The notes beneath the pieces were generated by a model that was not told the DNA's origin, ran no database searches, and saw nothing but the letters and a program-made list of their open reading frames with translations. Below, piece after piece: positions 11,769 to 23,900 of a DNA stretch of 32,270 nucleotides (its first letter is position 1; every line of letters starts with the position of its first letter). The stretch covers positions 1-32,270 of the forward strand of contig JBBMKC010239316.1 of the NCBI GenBank assembly GCA_037834085.1, written 5' to 3'. This stretch comes from Bipalium vagum (Eukaryota). The position numbers and the translations under genes were made by a program.

Positions 11769-13421
11769 AAATTAATTAATGGAAAATGTTTACTTTAATT
11801 GAAATGAAATATTTTTAATTTTTTCGATATTTATTAATTTAAGATTAATGTAATAAAAAAAATTTTTACCATAAAAAAGTTAAATTAAAAATTATATGTG
11901 TAATTGTTTTATTAGGTTATTTTAAATATTTATAATATTTTAAGTATTTTATATATATTAATTTTTTATTTAATTTTAAATATTTTAGCTTTTTCTGAGC
12001 CTGATGATCACCAGGATTCAATGGTTGCCACTCAATAAGCAAAATAAGAACATTTATTGAAATAATAAACTTCTTTGGTGTTAAGAATTACAATATACAT
12101 TTATTTAAGTTCATTAATTTTTTTAACACTTGATGCGATTTTTTTGTTTATCAAACTGGATTGACTGAAAATCGATTATTAATTTTTATTTATTTTGTAA
12201 AAATGTAAAAATTATGTGATAAAATTTAATTACAATCGTTTTTGATCACAAAGAATTGATTGGGCTGTATATATTTTGACATTCATTACATTCTGATTCT
12301 TGTTATCTTTAGACGTTGACTACGAAGCCTTCAAATAATTATGACTCAAATCCACCAGAAGTATTCTATCGATGAGCTGGTTGATGTGAAATTGAAAACA
12401 CCAACGGAAATAACTTTCAAAGGCTTTGTCTTCAAGATCTATAGACAACAAGAATCAGAATGTAATGATGACAGAAAAGTGTGTTCTACTTTAAATCCTG
12501 ATCAAATACTATGCGGTCTTCGTAAATATAGCGATCAATCTTATGAAATATTGGAAAGGAGACTGTTATCAGTTGAAAGTAGAGCTAATTATTCTTTATC
12601 TGGTATGAAATCATAAAGAAATCAGTTGACGTCAAAGTGCTGTGATATATATGACAGATATTTTGTCTGTCATAAATCGCTCGCTTCTTGAAAGAAACAC
12701 ATGTCAGACATTTTTGTGGTCGTCATGTCCAGCTGTTTCACGTTGTTGCTGTTATTGGTTCTTTATAAAAAATCAATTATAAAAAAATTAATCTTTCATA
12801 CACTATTCACATATTTTCCAACTTCCATTTCTGCCGGTTAGACATCAGTGTCGTTTTGAATATTTTCGTCATCACCGCCTCCGGAGGCCAGAGGAATTTC
12901 CAATTCCTTAGTTTCTTCGTCGACATTTTTAGTATATTTCTTTTTGTTTTGAGATCGATTATTTCACTTTTCGTACGTCAAAATGGCTTTCACCTAAAGT
13001 ATGATTTCGATAACGATGCCAATAAATGGATATAGTGCACCCCGTCGATCTGTTGTCACATTAATGATTATTTTCCACGGTTTCAATATTAGATTTGTTT
13101 GCACAAAATAATTCATAAGTACTAATTGTACTATTATAGTCAAATTATTATCATATCGAAAATCTGAAATTGAGTAGCAACCATTGCATCATCATCAAAC
13201 TCAGGAAAAGCTAAATTTTTAAAATTAAATAAAAAATTAATATATTTTAAATACTTAAATTATTATAAATATTTAAAATAGCCTAATAAAACAATTACGT
13301 ATATATATAAAATTTATAATTTTTAAATTAACTTTTTATGGTAAAAAAATAAATAACATAAATATTAAAAAAAATTAAAAATATTTCATTTCAACAAAAG
13401 TAAACATTTGCCTAATTAATT
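11769..13421. mobile_element. Foldback/MULE-like element with ~260-bp AT-rich inverted arms
   Basis: 11769-12036 is the reverse complement of 13169-13421 (for example AAATGTTTACTTT..TTGAAATGAAATATTTTTAATT, TTTTTACCATAAAAA, GTAATTGTTTTATTAGG.TATTTTAAATATTTATAAT and CAATGGTTGC.ACTCAAT). The right arm stops at LTR-like element C. No TSD was identified, so the superfamily is inferred. Confidence 0.7.
12341..12616 (+). pseudogene. 91-codon ORF inside the foldback element; possible transposase relic or captured gene fragment
   Basis: ATG-initiated ORF in AT-rich DNA, preceded by a splice-acceptor-like TTATCTTTAG ending at 12312. ITFKGFVFKIYR loosely recalls the start of the FLYWCH-type module of MULE transposases. 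The family is not recognised with certainty. Confidence 0.35.
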
Positions 13422-14494
13422 TGTTGGGTAATGATTATTATTTATAGTGGTAGTTCAGACTTACATCTCTACCCAACAAAAATCCTATTTAAATTAATTA
13501 AAATTAAAGTTATGGTTTAAGTTATATTTTCGCACAAAATTAAAATTAATAAATTTCACAAATTCCGATTTAGCTTCTTAATGTTACGTTTATATTATTA
13601 TAAAATCTTATGGTAACAATTAGGTCCTAAATAAACTGACACTTTTATTTTTGTCAATAAAGTGTTCAAAAGTAATTGAATCAAGACGATAAGACTTTAT
13701 TTTGTTAACACAGATACACATATAATTGTCCACACTAAAAATCGACCTCAAATTGCAAATGTCTCCAGCAATTAATGAATAATATCAAAAGCAATTAATA
13801 AATATAAATCGATTTGAATATCAAATCAGATGAAAACCATAAATCAAATAAAATAATTCAAATTGAATAATGTCAATAATTAAGTTTAATCCTTAAACAT
13901 TAATCAAATACAAAAAAATACCAACTGTTACTGTTTTTAAAGATGATGGGTCGAAAGATAGTTTGATGAGCTTGATCCGGTACACTTATAAACGTCCTAA
14001 CAGCGCAAACCCCATTGTTTGCTCCTGTCGCATAAAAACGGGTATAATAAAAATTCAACAATATTTTTTCTTCTAATTCTTTGTTCATAAACTTCTGACA
14101 TTTCAACTAATAATCAAACCAAAATTAAGAATTTTTTTCTTTTCGTCGAAGACCTGTACTCTTGATTGGAAATGTCAATTCAATTTTTAGGCATTTAATA
14201 CTAAATTGGTTTCTAATTGCTGACCCTGATCTAATTTTGGCCATTTGACATTCGCCATTATCAAGATTACATCATTCAAGTGAAAATATTTTTTATTATA
14301 ATAAATTTTTATATAAATTAAAATTATATTATTATTATAATTTTTATTATTATCATCTTATTATTATCTTATTAATTAAATAGTTTATGGGCAGATAATA
14401 TAATTTATTATTTAATTTAGTTTACAAAAATCCCTGATAAACAAATGTTGATAGCATATGATGGTTTTATATTATTAACAAAATTAATCCCACA
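13422..14494 (-). mobile_element. LTR-like element C, homologous to element D at 30038
   Basis: Begins TGTTGGGTA at 13422. The reverse complement of 14160-14275 aligns with 30230-30345 (GAT.TAATCTTGA.AATGGCGAA...CCAA.ATTAGATCAGGGTC.GCAA). The reverse complement of 13965-14010 aligns with 30530-30575 (G.GCTGTTAGG..GTTT.T.AGTG.ACCGGAT). The right boundary (CCCACA, 14494) is tentative and there is no clear TSD. Confidence 0.65.
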
Positions 14495-14648
14495 CTTATT
14501 ATTTCACTGAAATTACTATTTTGCTTATTTCTTTTAATAGTGGAATTAAAATTTAAATTAAAATTTGTAATCTATTGTGATTTCATGATCCTTGTTCTCC
14601 AGAAAGTTTATTTATTAACGATTTCCTCGTGCATTTAATTTATTTTTA

Positions 14649-14909
14649 GGTAATCATGAACAATCTGGCTTGACCTACTTTCACTGAAATGGCCTTGGAT
14701 TAAAAATTAAGTAAAATTATGTAATATTATTAAAAATGAGTATGTAAATTAAAAATTATTATAAAAGTTATACTTAATAGATTGTCAAATTCCATTTTTA
14801 ATTTATCGACTAATTTTAATATATATATAGTAAAAAAATTAAAATTTTCTACGTAGATTCCAAGGTCATTTCATTGAAAGTAGGTCAAGCCAGATTGTTC
14901 ATGATTACC
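14649..14909. mobile_element. Intact Merlin-type MITE, 261 bp
   Basis: ~51-bp near-perfect TIRs starting GGTAATCATGAACAATCTGGCTTGACCTACTTTCA, with an identical 8-bp flanking duplication TATTTTTA (14641-14648 and 14910-14917). GG-starting TIRs with an 8-bp TSD are the established Merlin/IS1016 signature. Confidence 0.85.
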
Positions 14910-15155
14910 TATTTTTATATCTTTGTGTCGTGATGTTTTGTGATACTTTTATAGAGATGAGAGATTATAAAACTATATTAATAACAAATATTACAGGTGT
15001 AAATTTTTTCCTTTAAAATAGTTATGAATAGTAATAAAAATCTAAATTTTTTGTTTGTTTATTTAATGTTTATAAAAGGTTATCTTCAAAGACGATGTTT
15101 TTGGAAATACATTTTTATTTAAAATGATAGCTAAATTTATTAAATTTCAAAATTA

Positions 15156-15260
15156 CCGTATTTTCGCGTGTATTACCTGCACACGTATGATACCCGCAAC
15201 TTTTTATAATTTTTAACAATTACTTGAATATAATTCGCACCATTATGTAACTTGTGGTTT
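15156..15260. mobile_element. pogo/Tc2-like terminal fragment
   Basis: TA-CCGTATTTTCGCGTGTATTACCTGCAC followed by subterminal repeats (GTATGATACCCGCA, GAATATAATTCGCAC), typical of pogo-family MITE ends. The partner TIR is degenerate, possibly at ~15430-15460. Confidence 0.55.
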
Positions 15261-15579
15261 TGTGTATTGATTTATAAAAATTATTTTTATAAATTGTTTC
15301 TGAAATGTTAAATAAAGTTACTTTATTTTTAGTTATTTTATTTAAAAAATTTAATTTATAACAAAATTAACTAAATTGATTAATTGATTTAATTTTTTAT
15401 TATTTATGGCCTGAAAAAGTTATCCTGTTGTAGTTATAATACAAAAACCTGAAAAATACTTTGTTTAAAAACGCTAATTTAAAGCTGATATCGCTAAGGA
15501 CAATAGTGTTACTTTGAAAAGATTCGTTGAATTTAAGTTTAATTAAAAAGATATTTTTAAATTCTTGTTGTGACAATTA

Positions 15580-18419
15580 ATGAGTGCAGATGATACTAAT
15601 TTTATAAATAATTACAGTTTAAAAGAAAGCACAAATCAACAATTGTCTAATGAGAATCTTTCACAAAATTTGTCTGATTCAATTTTAAAAATGGATGTAC
15701 CCGATATTAGAAATTCACCACAATATAAAAGTATAATTTTTAAAATAGATTTTTTAATAAATTGATTATTTAAATTAATCAATATTAATAATCTTTAATT
15801 ATTCATAGTAATTGGAAATCAGATCACAATTTTCACTTAGCATAATTAATATTTTTAGATATTGGACAGAAAAATGTGATCCAGGATAATTATGCGAGTT
15901 ACATTAGCTCATTGCCGGGACTAAGTTATTCTAATTCTGCATCTAAAAGAAAGGAAGTCCTTCGTAACCAAGAATACAATGAATTCAAAAGAAAAGAAGA
16001 GGAAAGCTTTAGAAATCGATTTTCAGATAAAAAGACTAGATTCGGTAGAGTGGTTTTCGTACGTGAGAGGAACTCAGCAAATAATTTATCTGATGCTCGA
16101 AATCCAATCACGTCGGAGTATATTCCAACTTATCTGGATCGGCTATCCCCAGCTGCTAAATCAGTCTCCTTGCCAATAGACTACGCTATCAGCACAAATG
16201 ACAATATTTATGGAAGTAAATCGATTATCAATTATTTTTAATTTAATATTCAATTTCTGTTTACAGATAATTCATTTATTGTAATCGATAACAATAACAA
16301 TGCAACTGATCGACCATTCTTGAGGACCAAATCCAACCTGAGATCCTTGGAACAAACCGAAAAGCAATTAGCTGACATTGAGCGAGAATACGAATCTTCA
16401 AAGATTCGAATTATGAAGACCCACAGACCTAATGTGATGAAGAAAATGGATTCCATTCTTGACGACGAAAGCATCCTAGAAAGTGAGATATTCACGAAAC
16501 AGCCTTTCAAAAATGACAAAACGACTAAAGAACAAATATCGATTTTTCCATTCGGAAACCATGACGAGGAATCTCTGAAACGCCAGAGACAGGCACAGTA
16601 TAGACATGATTTGGAAAATCAAATGAAAGAAAAGCTTCAGAATTCCAAATCTAACAAACTCAACTCCAATGAAAATATCTCATTTTTTGATCGATTTGGT
16701 TCAAATAATGTTAAAAGAACGAACAAGTTACGACCCAATGAATCGAAAGTGGAGGGTCAGGATCAGAACGATGACTATTATTATTATGCAAACCGTAATC
16801 CCTTGGATGATACTGAAAACAATAGTTACATTCCATCAGCTTACAACATTGGAAATACGCCTAAGGTTTATAATGCTCAAAGTTTAAATAAAAATCCGGA
16901 CATGAAAACTCGATTCAGTAACTCTTTACAAAATGAAAGTTATGGAGAAGCTTTAAAAAGACAGATAGCAGAAAAGAGATTGCAAAAAGAAATAGACAAA
17001 CAAAATTATGAAGAATATGAAAGGCGAAAAAACAACGAAATTTCAAACTATAATCCTTTTGGTCGCGGGGGTGGTGGTGCTCCACTGAAAGATAGTCAAG
17101 GCGAAACGGTGGCAGATCTCAGGAATTTTAAGTATGACAATAATATCACAATTCCACCGTCTTCGTACAGATCAAAAATCGATTCATACAGAATACCAGA
17201 AAAGACTTTTGTCCAATCAGGGTTAAGTGAAGAAAAGACCTTTGCTCGAGGAGGTCATGGAATATTCGGTCAGGCTCTATCGGAAGAAGAAAAATCAAAA
17301 GCTGAACGTTATAAGGACGAGTTGAAAATTCAAATGGAGAATAAAAGAAGACAAAAAGAAATCGAAAGAGAAAATGAAAGAATCCGAGAACAGAAGGAAC
17401 TGGAGAAAATTGAAAGAGAAAGAAAACAAATGCAACTGGAATTGGAAAATGAAAAATTAAAGTTGCAAGAAAAGGAAAAAGAGAAGATGCGTCAGTTAAC
17501 AGAAAGTAAACCTAAAGAAAAAAAGATAGAAGAGAAGACTAGTTATGTTCCGGAAGAACCAAAAGAACTATTTCACAATTCATACAAGCCTAGAGAAAGT
17601 CCTATTCGCAAATTCAGTCCTCTTCCAAGATATAGCCCAGTTAGATTCAGTCCTATTCCTAGGTATAGTCCAATCCTCAAACAAAAACCTTTACCGTCTC
17701 CAAGACTTCTCCGAGAATCAACTCCTTTAGACATTCAAAGAAATAACAACGAGCTTGTAGATAAGCTGAATGCTTTAAAAAATCACTTATTAAGTCAGAC
17801 GGAACAATTGGAAAAAGACATTTTTCGACAAAAGAGGAATGTGGATATCTTTGATCCCAGATTAGTGAAAAACCAGCAATCTAATTACGATTCAGATATT
17901 TTCAAAAATGTCATAGAAAATTTGAGACCAATATCTGGCCGTCAAGGATACTTAAAATCAAAGGAAAATGAACAAAACATTAACACCGAAGCATATTTGG
18001 ATCAGCATTTGAAACAACAGGAAAGAGCTTTGGGCCGTTTAAATCAGAACGTATTCAACTCGTTTGAACTGAACAAGGAAAGAATGAATCCACGTTACTA
18101 TAGCACTCGACCTCAGTCAGATATGTCAAATCTCTTAGAATCAGAAACCGATTATGTTCCATTCAATCTCAAATCTGATTCTCCTCTGAAAGGCAATGAT
18201 TCCCATTTTCCAAAAATGTCCAAACCATACAATTCCAATTCGGAATTTGGGTCTAATACTAGTCTTAATATTGATGCATTGAAGAGGAAAAATCAACAGA
18301 GACTCCGAACTCTGCAAGCATCAAAAAACAATAATGATACGTACGAGACCCCAGAAGAAATATTAAATAAATTGACTTCGGTTGATAACGATAAATCTTA
18401 CCTGTTTACTGCTTATTAA
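15580..18419 (+). CDS. CSPP1: Centrosome and spindle pole associated protein 1-like (CSPP1/CCDC66 family), 886 aa, 3 exons
   Basis: Exons 15580-15730, 15859-16215 and 16267-18419 join in frame via phase-1 GT-AG introns of 128 and 51 nt. CSPP1-type motifs: RKEVLRNQEYNEF, QAQYRHDLENQMKEK, YGEALKRQIAEK, YNPFGRGGGGAPLKDSQG..VADL, FARGGHGIFG, YKDELKIQMENK plus a long E/K/R coiled coil, and C-terminal SLNIDALKRKNQQRLRTL. Confidence 0.88.
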
Positions 18420-19052
18420 CATCGACAGTATTCCATCTTGAATGATTTTTTTTATTTATTTTCATTGACGAAATTATATTTATTTTTCTGGATTTTTCAC
18501 GGTTTTACAGGAATAATACACTTCATTATACGTAGAATAAGTAAATAAATAAATCGCAAATATTATTCATGGAAAAAGGAAATACAAGTTGCCGCAGATA
18601 TTAATTAATTATTAACTATTCAGACTTACTTTTTAATATTTAAAATAAACGAATCCACAAAATCTGACCCCATATTATTGGGCTGTGTTTATCTTACACT
18701 AAATTTTAAAATATAACAACTCTAGTCTAAACATTGATTTGATTGTTCAGCAAATTCCAATTGAATAAATCACTGTTGCACCACCAATTCGTGCAACGAA
18801 AAATAAACACAAAATTTGAAATAATGACACTAAAATTATCTATTACACATCAATATTATTGCATTAAATCGCTAAAATTTCCATTAAAACCGTACAAATT
18901 AAATTAATTACTCAAAGTCCTATTAAAATAAAAAATCATAATTACGTATAAACCAATAAATAATTTTATAAAATAAATAAATATTATTAAATATTAAATA
19001 AATACTTAACTTTGAAATGAGTGTAAAACTTGTCACGTGGTGTTTTCCCCTA

Positions 19053-19980
19053 CACGTATCAGTCAAGTAATTACCAGTAGAACTTCACTCTCGTAACAAT
19101 CAATGCTAATACTATGAGTCCAGATAAATAATGCTGATTTTTTAAATAACAAAAACACGATAATTTAAAAATATTTTTTTGAAGAAATGACCTTTTGCAA
19201 TCCACATATTTCTCCAAATCTTCGGGTATTTTATGAATACCTTTCCAAAAGAGCTCTTGTTTGTCATGAAGCAAAATTACTTTGCCATGTGTTTTATGCT
19301 ATTGTGGACGTTTACCAATAATACATTGATTAAGCTGAACTAAGTGATTTTGGTAGCGATCAGATTTAACAGTTTCAACTGGTTTGAGAACCTCATGATA
19401 CATCAAACCTTTTTGACCTCCCAGACGAGACTTGTTTTTTTTCAAAAGTGGTTTTATTTTTCAGTCTGTTTGGGGATCGACCTGTGTGTAACTCATGATT
19501 TTGAGCTTTTAGAATTTTAAAAATCAAACACTTTTTTCAACTGTCAAAATTCTATGTAAGAAAAATTTTCTTTTGTATGGTTGTAACAGCATGACTTACT
19601 ACTTTCCCGTTTTCGTTCAATTGATAGGCACCCATTTCCTTCTTTTAAAATTTTGTCCTTATCATTTAATATACATATTTTTTGCTGTGTAACACAAAGT
19701 ACTATAGCAAATTGTTTCTGAGACTGGTATGCATCTTCATCCATAAATTTTATAAATCTTGGTCTTCAAATTTGAAAGGAAAATCGGGACATTCATTTGT
19801 ACTTAAATAATTATTTCTGAAGAGTTTAAACCAACACTCTCCATCTTTCTTGAGACACTACATCTTTTTCATAAACTTTTTCATAAGCACTTTTGTTCAT
19901 GAGAAAATAATTATGAGTAAGAAATTCTAGAAAATGATCTTCTTGAATAGTTCCATGATCAATACTGCAATTTAAGAAAA
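19053..19980 (-). mobile_element. Decayed Mos1-like mariner transposase remnant
   Basis: Minus-strand fragments WFKLFRNN, KFEDQDL..DEDAYQSQKQFA, QKGLMYHEVLKPVETVKSDRYQNHLVQLNQCIIGKRPQ..GKVILLHD and FWKGIHKIPEDLEKYV parallel Mos1 transposase. There are many stops and an internal deletion after LLHD. Boundaries are approximate. Confidence 0.88.
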
Positions 19981-20926
19981 ACATAAAAATCAATAACTAA
20001 AAATATATTCAAATAACCAAAAACATTTGAGTTACTATTATGAAGTTAATTAAAAATATCAATCTGAAGAGTGCAGCCTAATGCTCAATTCTTGTTACAG
20101 TTTTATCTAAGTTATGCCCAATTCATCGGAAACTAAGCTGAGTTTATTCTGAGATTAAAAATGATCAATCTTATTAACAAAAAAGAAATATAAACACCAA
20201 ACAAATTTGCGATCAATTTGACGAATTATTTCTTATACTAATACCAAGAATATGACCACATACAATAAATATAATATTATCTTGATTGGCACTGTTTAAA
20301 GTATTATTTTATTATTAAAATTATTGCTTTACGAACATTGTTATTATTACTTTTCTTATTTTCAAACAATTTACACCACATATTGTTATATTATCGGGCC
20401 ATGTATTGGACATGGAACCCAAAAAAATATGAGGAAAAAAATCGATTTCAAAATTTTGCAATATTTTTGAATAACATCAAAGAGTTGATCCCAAATATTT
20501 ACAAAATATATATCTCCTTGCTGTCGATTTGCTTCTTAAGAGTAATAACAATAACCTTATATTCTTTGTAAAAATTTCAGTTCTTTCTTAAAGTGAAAAT
20601 CAATTTTAACGAACACGACCAATTTTCAATGTGAAAAACCAAAATTTATAATATCAAATCTTTATTTTGATGAAAATAACAAAATTAATATATTGATAAC
20701 CAGGTCTTGACCGTTGTACATCGAAATAAATGATAGAATTCGTAGAAATAAATCAAACATACAACCAGATCTATAAGTCTTAACAATATCTGATTTCTTT
20801 GTTAATTGTTAACGATAATCTTAAAAGAAAAAATATTAAAGCTTACATAACAAAATCATAGGAACAAAATAATTCACATAAAAACTAGACGATACGAAAA
20901 TCAAAAGGATAATCCAATTATCACAT

Positions 20927-23900
20927 TTAGCAAGTTTGATATTCTAATAATGTGCTATAACTTGTTATAGGGTCACTATAACATGCACATACGGTTATCT
21001 TAGAATCCAAGGGAATAGTTGGCTCAATTATGACGTCCCCCGACCAAATAAAGCTATCTTCGCTTGGCCTTGAAAGTTCAGTCAAAAATTCTCCAGAGAT
21101 AAGAACTGCCACATGAAGAGCATCCGGAATCTGTGTAAAAGGAAAGCACCATAATCTTTTTAATAAAACAAATCATTATAATCGCCAATGTTCACACCGC
21201 ATTGCTTTCAGTTATGAAGATAGAAAAAACTAATACTAAATGACCTAACCAAAATTAATTTTACAAAAAAGATTATAATTCCCACTTAATCAATTATTAA
21301 CAAAAAATCTGTTTATGTTCTTTTAAAGAAAGTCTGATATTGCTTAAACTCATCATTGAACATATTTTATCACCATAAAATAAAGGACAGATAAATTATG
21401 GTATCAAGAGCTTTCATATAAATTTACGATTTTTCCATTCATTAAATAATTCTCTGTCTTCAGCATTGGCTCTCAGGCAGATCGATTACAGAATTTTCAG
21501 AAAAGCAGACAAGACAGCTCAAACCAGCATTTCACTTTTATGCATTTCAGCTCAACCGTTCCCATACAATCGTTGTTAAATTTAGCATATTTTCACTTTC
21601 AGTTTCAGTGTCCCCATCAAGCAGAAATTTTAAACCAATAATTTTGTCTAATAATATTGACTTTTTCATTATTTATTTTTTTATTATTTTTGCAATAACA
21701 TTTAAACATTTTTGTATTGTGTATTTTCAATTTTTACTTGCATTGTACATTTTTTTATTCTGATGTTCAACGTATAAAGTGAGATTGGCGATGTTGTCAT
21801 GACAAGAACTTTGATGAAACAGATTATGAAAAAAGGCATGAAGAGAAATGTTTAAATTATGCTGCAATATAATATTTTTATTTATTTATTTTATTCCATA
21901 TTTTCAAGTTTTTTAATGGATTACAAATATATTTATACTATAATTTTTTAATTCTCTTTATAAAAACATTATTGTCCAAAATTTTTAACTTTAAAATATT
22001 TATTAATTTTCGGAAAAAATTATTCTCAAATCAATATTTCGTAAATTTTTTTAATAAATGAGAGTCTTTTGTTGACAACAATTTTCTGTGTAATTTTCCT
22101 TGTTTTGCTTGAATGATACTCTTAGATTTGTAACAAATGGGTGTGAACAGTTTTTTGATTAATATATTCTTTTTTGTCAGTAAAATCCGTTGTACAAAAA
22201 CTTGTAGGTAATAATACTATAGAATGAAGTGTCTATGCAGTATAAGCTGAATTAATTTTATTAGCTAGATAAAATGTGAAGAATTTTCATGAGAAAAGAA
22301 AATGTAGGCAGCGGGGATTTAAACGAAAATTAACTTTTTCCCCGAAATATTACGTGAAATAAAATTTCATTTCCTATACAGCAGACTTTGACAAATATTG
22401 ATTTCGAGGATAAATATTGTCTTTGACTCGATACCAAAAGTAAGGGCATGAATTTCATTTCTTGATATTATTTGTCGCGAATTTGACACATTTTACCATT
22501 TGAATCGGTTTTATACACTTCCACATATTTTCTACCGCGGTTTATGTGAGAAAAACATCTGCAGAACTTTAAAACTTAATGTTATAAGACTATCGAGCTG
22601 TCCTGCAATATAATAGCAAGAATATTTTTCTCAAAAAATCTGATTTTTTATAAAGAAATTCACCTTGAATATTTTCACTACACAATCAATACTGGGAAAA
22701 ACAAGAAGGTATTAATGAAAATTGATTCTTCAATATTTTAGACAGGATAATGCGTTTCTCATGGCTTGTGAGAAAATGTTAACAATTTTAAATAGTTCAA
22801 AAAACAAAAATAATATTTTCTGAACTGAAAAATGTCAAAATGATCGATACCAAAAAACGACATTTCACAGCTCACATTTGCAAATTTGAAGGAGAGGTGA
22901 AGGACTGGAGAACATATAAACATAAATAAAACCCTTCAACGTTCAAATAAGTAGGAATGTAAAGGGTTTCCTGAGTTTACTTAATATTAATTCAAAATAG
23001 TTTATATATCTTAAATGATATTTATTTCGGACGTTTCATCAAATATTGATGTTCTAATAGTACTGAAACGAAAAACTATTTCATGTGATGAAAAAGAAAA
23101 TAACTAATTTAATACAAATTATCAAGTCAATCACAATTAGGACGAAGTGAGAAAAATTTTCACTGAGCGCTTAGAAATTAAAAATTAAGCCATGATATTT
23201 AGAGTTTATAAGGCGAATGGGGAAAGACAAGATCCGTGCTGTCATCATCAAGATCATCAAATGAATGATTTCATGATACATATGTTCAAGTAGAGATGAC
23301 ATTTTGTGCATAGAATTCGTTGAAATTATTACGAAATAACAGACAACATTGATTAATGGTGAAAATTGAGATTTGAATTTCAGAAAAAATGAAAAAACAC
23401 GTCATAAAAACTTAATTAATTAATAAAATATTTTAATTAAAATAAAATTTAATTAAATTAAAATAAAACACCAAAAATTGCGATTTTTTGGAACATGGAA
23501 TGCAAAATTTGTAATCAATTATTTTTAGTTCACATCTGAAATTTCAGAAATTGTTATGATAACAGAATTTCTGGAAATTTAATCTTTCCAAATTGTATAA
23601 CAATTATTTTGCTAATAATTTGTCTTAATTATAATAATTGGTCTAACTGAACGATCAACATAAAAAATTATTTTTAAGAACGGGCTTGTGCGATAAGAAA
23701 TGATCAATCAATATTTCATAATGATCTCACATAATAAAATGCATTCTATGCTCCATATTAGTTTCACTGTTCAATTATTTTCGTAATATAAAAGCTTTTA
23801 CCATAGATTTTTACTCCACAGATCTTTTATTTTCGAAAGCTTGTTTGAAGCTCCTAAAGCTAAGTTAAGCAATCTTTAAATCAATTTTTAACCCTTGTAC

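Noticed and set aside
12001-12036. CTGATGA as a hammerhead ribozyme core
   Set aside because: No GAAA after the putative stem II, and the motif is not conserved in the opposite TIR arm.
15926-17730. Alternative-frame and antisense ORFs overlapping CSPP1
   Set aside because: Short shadow ORFs of a genuine coding region with no independent support.
20064-20095. CTGAAGA-GTGCA..TGCTC as a Penelope-type hammerhead
   Set aside because: Lacks the invariant GAAA and a stem III.
20338-20571. 77-aa ORF between the CSPP1 and hillarin-like 3' ends
   Set aside because: TTG start, AT-driven composition and no motif.
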